Positions 1 through 8,480 of a DNA stretch of 64,000 nucleotides are shown piece after piece. Position numbers and translations under genes: made by a program. Each line of letters starts with the position of its first letter. The stretch's first letter is position 1. This stretch comes from Chthonomonas calidirosea (lineage in GTDB: Bacteria > Armatimonadota > Fimbriimonadia > Fimbriimonadales > Fimbriimonadaceae): assembly GCA_945859975.1 (NCBI GenBank), contig CAMAPH010000002.1:109627-173626 (forward strand). Reading direction: 5' to 3'. The notes under the pieces are model-generated. The model did no database searches. It saw only the letters and a list, made by a program, of their open reading frames with translations, and was not told where the DNA came from.

Positions 1-2
1 AT

Positions 3-455
3 CAGCCTGAAAAGGTCTATCAGTACCCGGCAAACAAGTTCGTTGCGGGCTTTATCGGCTCTCCTCCGATGAACTTCATCGATGCTGAGATTCGCATGGA
101 GAACGGTGTCGCGATTGTTGACGCCGGGGAGTTCAAGCTTCCGGTGCCAGATGGCAATCCTGCAGCTCACATGAGCGGCAAAAAGATCACCCTCGGCATT
201 CGCGCTGAAGACATTCACGACGCTGCCATTCCAAGCAACGTGGTTGCGACCGATGCGAATAGCGTCCAGGCAACCGTTGACGTAATGGAACCACTCGGCC
301 ACGAGTACGTTGCTTATCTGAAGATCGGCAAGATCAACCTAGTTGCTGCCATCAGCAACGAGAGTAAGGTCCGCGTCACCGAAGTCGCCAAGTTCGTGGT
401 CAACCTTGACCGCGTACACCTCTTCGATGCCGAGACCGAACAGGCAATCCGCTAA
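3..455 (+). CDS. Sugar ABC transporter ATP-binding subunit (MalK/UgpC family), C-terminal part; 5' end lies outside the window
   Basis: YQYPANKFVAGFIGSPPMNF, LGIRAEDI, EPLG and HLFDAETE are typical of the MalK C-terminal TOBE region. Confidence 0.9.
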   Translation, partial: QPEKVYQYPANKFVAGFIGSPPMNFIDAEIRMENGVAIVDAGEFKLPVPDGNPAAHMSGKKITLGIRAEDIHDAAIPSNVVATDANSVQATVDVMEPLGHEYVAYLKIGKINLVAAISNESKVRVTEVAKFVVNLDRVHLFDAETEQAIR

Positions 456-469
456 GAAACCTGAATCCT

Positions 470-508
470 AAAAGCGCGAGGTGAACCTAGGTTCCCTCGC
501 GCTTTTTT
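470..508. terminator. Bidirectional intrinsic terminator
   Basis: AAAAGCGCGAGG-T-GAAC-ctag-GTTC-CCTCGCGCTTTTTT, with an A-tract on the left and a T-tract on the right, between convergent genes. Confidence 0.85.
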
Positions 509-521
509 GCGTCTTCTGTTT

Positions 522-716
522 CCCCTAAGGGCGACGACGGGACTGACCGCGGGAAGAGTCTTGATGTTTAAGGTTTGAGGATTGAAGTCACGAACTTTGA
601 GTTTTGAGGCCATAGGCCGCTTGATCAGGTTCAATGATTCTTGTCAAGAATCAGCCAGGATTCGATGTTGATCGAAGGTGCTAAGTCAGTCGTATTCCGT
701 CAATCGCCCTTAGAGG
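522..716 (-). ncRNA. Putative structured 3' RNA with heptamer repeats downstream of the DIP1984-like gene
   Basis: Long-range helix pairing 522-547 with 685-716 (13+6+7 bp). Two pairs are G-U on the minus strand but A-C mismatches on the plus strand. Internal hairpins at 661-676, 635-653 and 608-618, and a repeat tract at 553-609. Confidence 0.65.
553..609 (-). repeat. Degenerate 7-nt tandem repeat (consensus nnUCAA(A)), about 8 units
   Basis: Minus strand reads CCTCAAA ACTCAAA GTTCGTG A CTTCAAT CCTCAAA CCTTAAA CATCAAG ACTCTTC. Confidence 0.75.
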
Positions 717-737
717 CGGCTTCATTCTATCGGTTTT

Positions 738-1187
738 TCACTCGGAAAACTCAATGGAAACGGTGGCGTTGTGCTCGTCCAGACGATCCTGAAGTTCGTC
801 GATCTCCGCTTCAAGCCGCGATACTTCTTCTTCGACTTCGCGGGCGGAAAGGGTCGCGATGTACTCCTGCGGTTCCTGCATTCCGTACGGTTGCATGAAC
901 TTTCCCGACGTGGTCGGAATCCTCCGCAAGAAGCTGATGTGACTCTTCAGTTCCCCGATGCGATAGATCGTCTCCTGAATCGGAGCATTGGCGAGGCTAA
1001 TTGCCGCTTTCAATTTCACGAGCGCCTCAGTTGCATTTCGGAGTTCAGCGAGACTTGCCGCCACATCAAACTCTTCCCTGCCGCCAACGAGGCGCGAATT
1101 GTGAGCGGTCACGATGCCCTGAAGCTTTTGAATCTTCGCCACTTGGCGATTCTTGAGCTTCAGGGCTTTCGCGAGCGAGATTGCCAT
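738..1187 (-). CDS. Small all-helical coiled-coil protein, DIP1984-like (149 aa)
   Basis: N-terminal MAISLAKALKLKNR and C-terminal LEAEIDELQDRLDEHNATVSI resemble DIP1984-like proteins. The ATG overlaps the upstream stop (TAATG at 1185-1189). Confidence 0.75.
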   Translation of the reverse strand: MAISLAKALKLKNRQVAKIQKLQGIVTAHNSRLVGGREEFDVAASLAELRNATEALVKLKAAISLANAPIQETIYRIGELKSHISFLRRIPTTSGKFMQPYGMQEPQEYIATLSAREVEEEVSRLEAEIDELQDRLDEHNATVSIEFSE

Positions 1188-3718
1188 TACTGGACGGTAA
1201 CCCAGACCGATGTGCTCGCCGAACCGAACTGAACGGTTCCGCGGGTGAACTTCCAGCAGGACTGATAGAGGCCAACGGTGTTCGGCGCCGTGAGTCGAGC
1301 CTGAACCGTGATCGTTTGGCCAGGTGCAACGTTGCTTCCGGGCGGCATTCCGAGGCGGCTCTTGCCGAATGTGGTCGACCCCACGGGCATTGAGGTCAGC
1401 GCAAGGCGCTGCACATCCGCCGAGGTCCAGTTCTGCGTACCGGCGTTTCGGAACGTGAACGCGACCGTGAAGACTTGCCCCGGTGCGACCGTGTTCGGAA
1501 CCTGCTGGGAAACAAACGCGGCATCCCATTCGGTGTTGACCGACATTGGGACCGAAATCGTCGTGGTCGTTCCGTTACCGTTGGTAACCGTTAGCGTTGC
1601 GTAGAGTTTTGCGCTAGGCGTGATAGCGGCATGATTCAGCACGACTTCATTGCTGGTCGGAGCAATTTCGGTGTTCGCGACAACATCGCCTGCGCCAGCC
1701 GTTCGACCAATCTTGATCTGGTACTTCTCGATTCCCGTCTCGGTGTCGTATGCCCAGAGCTTGAATCGAGTCGCCGAGTAGGCGCCACCCGTCGGGACGC
1801 CTTCCCAGTTGGAAAAAGCAAATCGATCCACGATCGGCGCGGTGTCATCACCGGTGTAAGTTCCGCACCAGAAGTCCGTCGCCGGTGCATCGCTGCCCGA
1901 AATGACTTCGACGCGCCGGACCTTAGTCTTCCCAAAGGCCACCGCGGTTACGGTGTACATGCCCGGTGCCAGCTGGTCGTATCGGTACGTACCGTTAGCA
2001 AGCGTCGAGGTTTGGTAGGTGATCGTGCCACCGTCCTTCTTAGCGCGAACCGTAGCGTTGCCTTGTGCAGTGCCTTCGTTGTAGACGATTCCTTCGATTG
2101 CCCCGGCGGTAGCTCCTCGGGAGTCCGCATCCTGCAACAGATAGTAAGCATCAAGCGAGCCGTAACCCTGGTGGGTCTCCCAAGAGCCTTTCGGTGCGCC
2201 GTACACGCTCAGTGCCGACCGCTGCAAGGCTCGATAGGCCCGAAGGTTCTGCATGCCCTGAGCTCGATCCATATCGTTCTTGCCGTAGTACAAGCTTGCC
2301 GCGCCCGCGACGATCGGGCTCGCCATCGATGTTCCAATCAAGTAGCCGTAGCCAAGGTCATATCCTGGCGCCCCGACGTCCATGATCGGGTTATGGGTGG
2401 TCATCGTGGTGGAGTAGATGTACGCCAGCATCGCGATCGGGTCTTCGATGTTGCTGTAATCGAGGATGATGTTTCCTCCTGGTGCAGCGAGGTCGATGTA
2501 CGAACCGGTTCCCGCGTAGTAGTCCGAGGCATGGATGTAGCCGTAGCCGTTCGCGGTGACCGCGAAAGCGCCACTGCAAGCCGCAGGATAAATCGGCCCT
2601 AAGTCACCGCCACCGGCGCCGTCCTCGTTACAAGCCACCACGACGAGGACTCCCTTCTGCCAGGCGTAGGTCACCGCGTCCTGGAAGAGCTGCGAGAAGT
2701 TTTCCGTGCCAAGGCTAAGGTTGATGATGTCCACGCCATGATCGGTCGCGTAGAAAATCGCGCCCGCCGCATCGGCGTCTGAGCCGTTTCCGGTGTCATC
2801 GAAAACGCGGAGATTGATTCCCTTGCTTGGATAGCCGAGCCCGACGATTCCCTTTCCGTTCCAGTTTCCGTTGTTCCCAGAAGCAAGGGCAAGTCCGGTG
2901 ACGTGAGTGCCGTGCCCCATCGCATCTTCGGTGGATCCTTCTTGCAGAACTTCGCCAAAGCTGAACTGGGCGTCCAGGCTCAAATCGAACTGCCCGCCTT
3001 CTTCGATGCTGCTGTCAAATCCCCCGGCGTTGATGAAGTCCGGGTGTTGTCGCTCAACTCCGGTGTCGATGACCGCGATCATCGGCACGTTCTGTGGTTT
3101 GTCGGCGCTCGTAAACCATCGATTGGGCCAATCGTTCCAAGCATCGAAAGCGCTGGTCTCGTCGAGATACCAGAGCCGGCGATACGTGACGCCCTCTCCG
3201 AGCGGAATCATTGGCTCTCCGATTTCAATAACGTTCCAGTCCCCGTCATTGGGCTCTGGCAAGAGCGGATAAATTTTGTTGAGCGGCTGTGCCGCCACGA
3301 CGTTTGGTTTGCCCTTCAGGCTTGCCGCGACCGCCTTGGGATCCTCGCCCTTTCCGAGTTGCCATACCGTCCAGCCGGACCGCTGAATCCGGTTTCGAAA
3401 ATTCTCGGAGCGCAATCCGGTAGGCACAAAACGAGCGCGCGTCGCTTCGGTTTTCGTTAGCTCTGCCGCAACCTTGGTCGGAAACTTGACCAAAACGTAG
3501 CCAGGAACGATCTCGTTCTTGCGCTTCGCGGGAATGTTTCGCTTCAAGATGCTTCGCAAAACCAATCCCAGTGGTTTCGGTGCAAAAATAGAAACGGCCG
3601 GATTACCGATGACTCGGCTTCTCCGTCCTAGCGATTCGCTCACGGGACCAACGGTCTGGGCGGGAGCAACGGCAACCAGAAATAGGCTTGCAGCCAAACT
3701 CAAAACTCTAAAATTCAT
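1187..3718 (-). CDS. Secreted S8 (subtilisin-like) serine peptidase with carboxypeptidase-regulatory-like and Ig-like C-terminal domains
   Basis: Signal peptide; catalytic motifs IDTG, HGTHVTG and GTSMASP; beta-rich C-terminus. Confidence 0.9.
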   Translation of the reverse strand: MNFRVLSLAASLFLVAVAPAQTVGPVSESLGRRSRVIGNPAVSIFAPKPLGLVLRSILKRNIPAKRKNEIVPGYVLVKFPTKVAAELTKTEATRARFVPTGLRSENFRNRIQRSGWTVWQLGKGEDPKAVAASLKGKPNVVAAQPLNKIYPLLPEPNDGDWNVIEIGEPMIPLGEGVTYRRLWYLDETSAFDAWNDWPNRWFTSADKPQNVPMIAVIDTGVERQHPDFINAGGFDSSIEEGGQFDLSLDAQFSFGEVLQEGSTEDAMGHGTHVTGLALASGNNGNWNGKGIVGLGYPSKGINLRVFDDTGNGSDADAAGAIFYATDHGVDIINLSLGTENFSQLFQDAVTYAWQKGVLVVVACNEDGAGGGDLGPIYPAACSGAFAVTANGYGYIHASDYYAGTGSYIDLAAPGGNIILDYSNIEDPIAMLAYIYSTTMTTHNPIMDVGAPGYDLGYGYLIGTSMASPIVAGAASLYYGKNDMDRAQGMQNLRAYRALQRSALSVYGAPKGSWETHQGYGSLDAYYLLQDADSRGATAGAIEGIVYNEGTAQGNATVRAKKDGGTITYQTSTLANGTYRYDQLAPGMYTVTAVAFGKTKVRRVEVISGSDAPATDFWCGTYTGDDTAPIVDRFAFSNWEGVPTGGAYSATRFKLWAYDTETGIEKYQIKIGRTAGAGDVVANTEIAPTSNEVVLNHAAITPSAKLYATLTVTNGNGTTTTISVPMSVNTEWDAAFVSQQVPNTVAPGQVFTVAFTFRNAGTQNWTSADVQRLALTSMPVGSTTFGKSRLGMPPGSNVAPGQTITVQARLTAPNTVGLYQSCWKFTRGTVQFGSASTSVWVTVQ

Positions 3719-3862
3719 GGGCAGAACCAATCCTCAGAGAGAGTTTAACGGAAAAAAGTCAAAAGACCAACCATTCCTCCCCCAGAACGTTAGCCTTTTT
3801 AGACTTGGAATAGGAAGGCGTTGTTCCGTGGCAAGTAACCTGTTTGCAGGTCGGATTTGAGC

Positions 3863-4528
3863 ATGTTTTTCTGCCTGCGAATCGATGTCGATTACGTTCC
3901 GTGGGATACGCCAGATGCGGAGGAGTTTGGGCATGGCGAGCCGGCGATGTTACTGCGAATCTTCGAGTTTGCAAAGGAGCGAGGCCTGAAGTTCCAGTTC
4001 TTCGTTTCCAACCGAGTGATCCGAGCTTTTCCCACTACCGCCGATGCCATTTTGAACGAGGGACATGATCTCGATTGGCTCTGCAAGCATCCCGATGATT
4101 CCGCCTCCCGCTACGAAGAGGCCCTTGTTCTTCTCCGGGCCATTGGACATTCGCCACGAGGCGTCGCGGTAAAGCAGGTTTGGCCAGAATCGGCAGCGAC
4201 CCAGCACTTCGAAGGCATCGAATTCCTCAGCTCCGAAGGGGCCTTTTGCCCAACCGCATGGCGGCACTTTCCGATTGAGCTGAAGCAAGCGCGTTCGGCG
4301 CAGCAAGCCGGGATGAGTGTTCGGACTTGGACCGATACGGCCAAGAGACTCGTGCGCGACGCTGCGAGCCGTAATCGCAACGTGACGATCGCGGTCCGGC
4401 CTCAAGCACTTGCTCGTTGGGACCCTCGTCTCACCCACCTCGCCGAAATCGTGGACCTCGCCACCGCCGTGATGCTGCCCGTGATGACTCTTCGTGAGGC
4501 GTTTAGCGTAGCCCAGGCAGATTCATAA
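3863..4528 (+). CDS. Polysaccharide deacetylase-like protein
   Basis: LRIDVD N-terminus; FFV...GHDL NodB-like pattern. Confidence 0.55.
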   Translation: MFFCLRIDVDYVPWDTPDAEEFGHGEPAMLLRIFEFAKERGLKFQFFVSNRVIRAFPTTADAILNEGHDLDWLCKHPDDSASRYEEALVLLRAIGHSPRGVAVKQVWPESAATQHFEGIEFLSSEGAFCPTAWRHFPIELKQARSAQQAGMSVRTWTDTAKRLVRDAASRNRNVTIAVRPQALARWDPRLTHLAEIVDLATAVMLPVMTLREAFSVAQADS

Positions 4529-4967
4529 CCACCGTCCACTCATCGGGCGTTACCGGCATGATGCTGAGGCGCTGCCCGCGCCGTGTTACGAACATTTCTT
4601 CAAGGCCCGTGGTCTGACGCAGCTCCGCGAGGGGCACGACGCGCGAAAATTTCTCAACGAATTCAACGTCTCGAACCAGCCATCGCGGGTTGTCTGGCAG
4701 GCTCTTCGGGTCGTGGTATTCCGAAGTTGGATCGAACTGCGTGGGATCGGGATAGGCCTCGCTCGAGATTCTTAGAACTCCGACAATTCCGCTGGGCGCC
4801 GAATTCGAATGATAGAAAAACGCAAGGTCTCCGATGGCCATCGAGTCTCGAATAAAGTTGCGAACCGTGTAGTTTCGGCAACCTTCCCACATTTCAGGCT
4901 TGCCCGCCTTCGCGAGATGGTCAATTGAGTAAACGTCCGGCTCGGACTTCATCAGCCAGTAGTTCAT
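4503..4967 (-). CDS. EVE domain protein
   Basis: YWLMKSEP, WEGCRNY, GDLAFFYHS and RLSIMPV. Confidence 0.92.
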   Translation of the reverse strand: MNYWLMKSEPDVYSIDHLAKAGKPEMWEGCRNYTVRNFIRDSMAIGDLAFFYHSNSAPSGIVGVLRISSEAYPDPTQFDPTSEYHDPKSLPDNPRWLVRDVEFVEKFSRVVPLAELRQTTGLEEMFVTRRGQRLSIMPVTPDEWTVVMNLPGLR

Positions 4968-5044
4968 GAAACATATTGTGCCGACCCGAGCAAAACTCGG
5001 ATCGGCATATATCACACCAGCAGGCTGGTTTATGGCAGGCTGGT

Positions 5045-6241
5045 TTACGGGAGGCTGACGTGAACGGCGATGTCGCCGGTCACCGCGCTGATGTCCAACA
5101 CGCCGGTGCCTTCGCCGATCCGGCCGGTGATCCGCTGCGCGGTTCGGTGCTCTTCTGACAGCTCACCGCTGAATGCGACTTCGCCGTTGAGCGTCGAGAT
5201 CGAAACCCGAGAATCCGAGTTCGCGGGAATCTCGATGTTCGCATCACCGGACACCGTCCGAATATTGACCGTACCGCTGACCGCATTGATGAGCGACACT
5301 GCGATGTCCCCGGAAACGGTTTCAAGCGAGATCACCTTGCTTTCCAATCGCTTGGCACTCACATCGCCGCTTGCGGTTCGAGCACTGACGTTTCCGCGAA
5401 TGTTCTCCAATGAGACGTCGCCTGACTTGTGCTCGATATTGAGGATCGTCGCCGTTACGTTTGAAACGTGAACATTTCCAGAATCGGAACTGACCTCAAT
5501 TGCGCCATTCAGCCCCGAGAGGTGAATGTCGCCGGATCGACTATTGATGCGTACGCCAGCGCCAGTCTCGTGGATGTGGATGTCGCCCGACTCGGCCCGC
5601 ACTTCGATTGCGGCAAAGCCGTTAAGATCGATGTGCAAGTCGACGTTGAGCCCGGTCATATCCGGCTGCTTGATCACGACCGCATGGTCGCTCTCCTCGA
5701 TCGTGAGGGTGTATTGGTCAGCTTTTGCCTTCGCGTCATCAAGTGACGCGCCCCGAATTGAGGCTTCGGCTCGAACGTTTCCGATCTCCTTTCCGCCATG
5801 GATATGGATGTCGCCAATCGGATTCTCGATCCGAAGCACCTTGCCGGTTGGAACCATCAACGGCAGGTCGATGCTCTTGTGCTCACTCGTTCCCAGCCAG
5901 CCAAGATTGACCGATCCCTTCGAAATGTCATCGATCGTCTCGCGAACGATATCTCGGCCACGCTTGGCGCCTTCGTTCATCTTTCGGCCAAGATCGGCCC
6001 AGTCAATGGACTCGGTCTTTTCACGCGCCATCCTCTCAAGGTCTTGGAAGAACCCAGAGATCTGATCTACGGGTGGCTTCGGGGCATCGGGCGGAGGAGG
6101 AGGAGTGCCCGCATCAGGAGCCACACGTTCGGTTTCGGTGCGTTCTCCCTGCATCAACGCCTCGATCAAATCGGCCGCTTCATCTGCGGTTAAAGCACCA
6201 TCGGCTACGAGTTGGTTGATTTTTCGAATTTGTTCTTTCAT
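5045..6241 (-). CDS. DUF4097 beta-strand repeat protein with N-terminal SHOCT-like helix (YvlB-like)
   Basis: Repeated SGDI/SGNV/SGDV units; N-terminal GALTADEAADLIEAL. Confidence 0.85.
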   Translation of the reverse strand: MKEQIRKINQLVADGALTADEAADLIEALMQGERTETERVAPDAGTPPPPPDAPKPPVDQISGFFQDLERMAREKTESIDWADLGRKMNEGAKRGRDIVRETIDDISKGSVNLGWLGTSEHKSIDLPLMVPTGKVLRIENPIGDIHIHGGKEIGNVRAEASIRGASLDDAKAKADQYTLTIEESDHAVVIKQPDMTGLNVDLHIDLNGFAAIEVRAESGDIHIHETGAGVRINSRSGDIHLSGLNGAIEVSSDSGNVHVSNVTATILNIEHKSGDVSLENIRGNVSARTASGDVSAKRLESKVISLETVSGDIAVSLINAVSGTVNIRTVSGDANIEIPANSDSRVSISTLNGEVAFSGELSEEHRTAQRITGRIGEGTGVLDISAVTGDIAVHVSLP

Positions 6242-6633
6242 CGGAGTTCCTGTAATCTTCGCTTTGCCTCTTGAGCCGACAGTTCGCCGTTCTCAAGCTG
6301 CTCGATAATTCGTCGTTTTTCATCCACAATCGCTTCCCGGCGGTTCTCTTGCTGGGGCGGGTGTAGGTCAAGTGCGGCAAGCAAGGCATCGAGTCGCCCG
6401 CGCACGGTTGGGTAGCTGATGCCAAGCTCCTTCTCTACGTGGCTGAGCATTCCGCGGCACTTCAGGAATGCTTCCAAGAATTGAACGTGCTCGGGCTCAA
6501 GCTTCGCATACCTCGGGATCTCGAACTTGCCTCGAATCGTTATCCCGGACTCTTCGCTGGCGAGTTCGCTGATGTAAAGCTCTCCGCCGGAGACCGGGTC
6601 TCGTGGTGGGATGGGATGAAGACTTGACTTCAT
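6238..6633 (-). CDS. DUF2089 family HTH protein
   Basis: EKELGISYPTVRGRLD; C-terminal GELSAQEA; ATGA overlap with the DUF4097 gene. Confidence 0.88.
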   Translation of the reverse strand: MKSSLHPIPPRDPVSGGELYISELASEESGITIRGKFEIPRYAKLEPEHVQFLEAFLKCRGMLSHVEKELGISYPTVRGRLDALLAALDLHPPQQENRREAIVDEKRRIIEQLENGELSAQEAKRRLQELR

Positions 6634-6750
6634 GGTTCTATTATTCTCGTCTTTTTAAATGTTTCACGAGATTTTAATAAGTTTTTTCAATTTTCGTCTT
6701 TAAATTATGAAGTTTTCAGTGAATTCAGGCTCACAAAGTACAATTTGGGC

Positions 6751-8229
6751 ATGGCTAATGCACTGGAGTCCCTGAAGGACCGATTGTTCGATGTGAACGC
6801 GCTCAACGTCGCGGCGGTAATCATGGACTGGGACCAGCAGACGTATATGCCAAAGCAAGGCTCCGACGCCCGTGCCGAACACATGAGCATCTTGAGCCGA
6901 ATGGCCCACGAGATGTTCGTGGCCGACGACACGCAGCGCTGGACGGAGTCTGCCCAGCCGACTTCCGAAGACGATGAAGCCCTGATTCGGATCGTCAAGC
7001 GGCAACTCCTTTTAAAAACTAAGTTGCCAAGTCGGTTGGTCGAAGAAAAAATGAAAGCATCCGTGCTTGGCCATGAAGCATGGGTGAACGCCAGAGCCAA
7101 CAACGACTTCAACGCATTCGCTCCAGTTTTGGAGAAGCTGTTTGATCTCTCCCGTGAAGAAGCGGAATGCTACGGCTATTCCGATGACATCTACACTGCT
7201 CTTCTCGATATCTACGAAGAGGGTGCCACCGCGGGCGAGGTCCGGTCCATGTTCGACGCCATCAAGGGTCCACAAGTTGAGCTCGTAAAGGCCATCGCCG
7301 CTCAGGGTCCAGTGGATGACTCCTTCCTCCACGGCGAATGGGACACCGCTGCGCAGCAGAAACTCACGCTCCACTACGTAAAGGCCATTGGCTTCGACCT
7401 TGAAAGAGGTCGGCAGGACACCGCACCACACCCGTTCTGCACCACTTTCTCGGTGAACGATGTCCGGCTTACGACCCGGTTCAAGCCGTACCTGCCAAGC
7501 AGCATTTTCGGCTCTTTGCACGAAGCAGGCCACGGACTTTATGAGCAGGGCTCGCCTAAGGCTTGGGACCGCACACCGCTCGCTGGCGGAGTTTCGCTGG
7601 GAGTTCACGAGAGCCAGTCTCGGCTTTGGGAAAACCTCGTTGGCCGATCCCCCGCCTTCTGGGAATGGGGCTATGGCGACCTTCAGAATGCCTTCCCGGC
7701 CCTGAAAGACCACTCGCTCGACAAGTTCCTCAAGGCGGTAAATCGCGTGCAGCCATCGTTCATCCGCGTGGAAGCAGACGAGCTGACCTACAACCTTCAC
7801 ATCATCATTCGGTTTGAAATCGAAAGCGCCGTTCTGAAGGGTGAGTTGGCGGTCAAAGACATTCCGGATGCATGGAACGCGAAGTACGAAGAGTATCTCG
7901 GTATCACGCCGAAGACCGACTCCGAGGGCTGCCTCCAAGACGTCCACTGGTCAATGGGCTCGATCGGCTACTTCCCTACCTACACCATGGGCAACCTACT
8001 GAGCTACCAGATTTGGGCTGCGATGCAGGCTGATCTCGGCGATCTCGATGCGCTCATCGCGGTCGGCGACTTTGCTCCGATCCTGAACTGGCTGCAGACC
8101 AAGATCTACCGACAGGGCAGCAAGTTCCCGCCGAAGGAACTGATCGCTTCGGTGACCGGCAAGCCAATGGGCGCCGAGGATTACCTAGCCGGCCTGGGTG
8201 CAAAGTACCGGAATCTGTACGGGATCTGA
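6751..8229 (+). CDS. Carboxypeptidase, family M32
   Basis: HPF, DVRLTTR, HEAGH, HESQSR, IRVEADE, GCLQDVHW and GYFPTY. Confidence 0.95.
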   Translation: MANALESLKDRLFDVNALNVAAVIMDWDQQTYMPKQGSDARAEHMSILSRMAHEMFVADDTQRWTESAQPTSEDDEALIRIVKRQLLLKTKLPSRLVEEKMKASVLGHEAWVNARANNDFNAFAPVLEKLFDLSREEAECYGYSDDIYTALLDIYEEGATAGEVRSMFDAIKGPQVELVKAIAAQGPVDDSFLHGEWDTAAQQKLTLHYVKAIGFDLERGRQDTAPHPFCTTFSVNDVRLTTRFKPYLPSSIFGSLHEAGHGLYEQGSPKAWDRTPLAGGVSLGVHESQSRLWENLVGRSPAFWEWGYGDLQNAFPALKDHSLDKFLKAVNRVQPSFIRVEADELTYNLHIIIRFEIESAVLKGELAVKDIPDAWNAKYEEYLGITPKTDSEGCLQDVHWSMGSIGYFPTYTMGNLLSYQIWAAMQADLGDLDALIAVGDFAPILNWLQTKIYRQGSKFPPKELIASVTGKPMGAEDYLAGLGAKYRNLYGI

Positions 8230-8259
8230 CCGGTCGGACGGTCGAGGGTTTTGAATTTC

Positions 8260-8316
8260 TCACACTTCTTCGAGTCCCGGTGATCCGAAACTTGAAGAAG
8301 TGTGATATCTTTTTCT
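8260..8316 (+). terminator. Intrinsic terminator after the M32 gene
   Basis: TCACACTTCTTCGAGT...ACTTGAAGAAGTGTGA 16-bp stem followed by a T-rich tail. Confidence 0.65.
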
Positions 8317-8480
8317 TGGATTGGCGGGAAACTCCGGTCTTGCCTGCGCTCGACGTTGAGCCAGGCTAAGCAATCCCTCTGCGGCCGATTTTCAGCCAAA
8401 GATTCGTTCGGTTTCTGCTTCCGAACGTTCAAGTAAGCGAGTAGATCACATTCAAACCTGCTTCCTTGGTTTAATGAACT

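Noticed and set aside
553..609. CRISPR array or simple microsatellite
   Set aside because: Units are 7 nt, degenerate and have no spacers; no cas genes are in the window
452..898. Short ORFs 452-634 (-) and 641-898 (+)
   Set aside because: No recognisable protein features; they overlap a terminator, the structured RNA or the real gene
1188..1529. N-terminal extension of the 263-aa ORF
   Set aside because: It overlaps the S8 peptidase in another frame; the true start is the coupled ATG at 1187
6640..6720. Repeated CGTCTTTT(T)AAAT in an AT-rich divergent promoter
   Set aside because: Could be DUF2089 binding sites, but the sequence is too low in complexity to support a call
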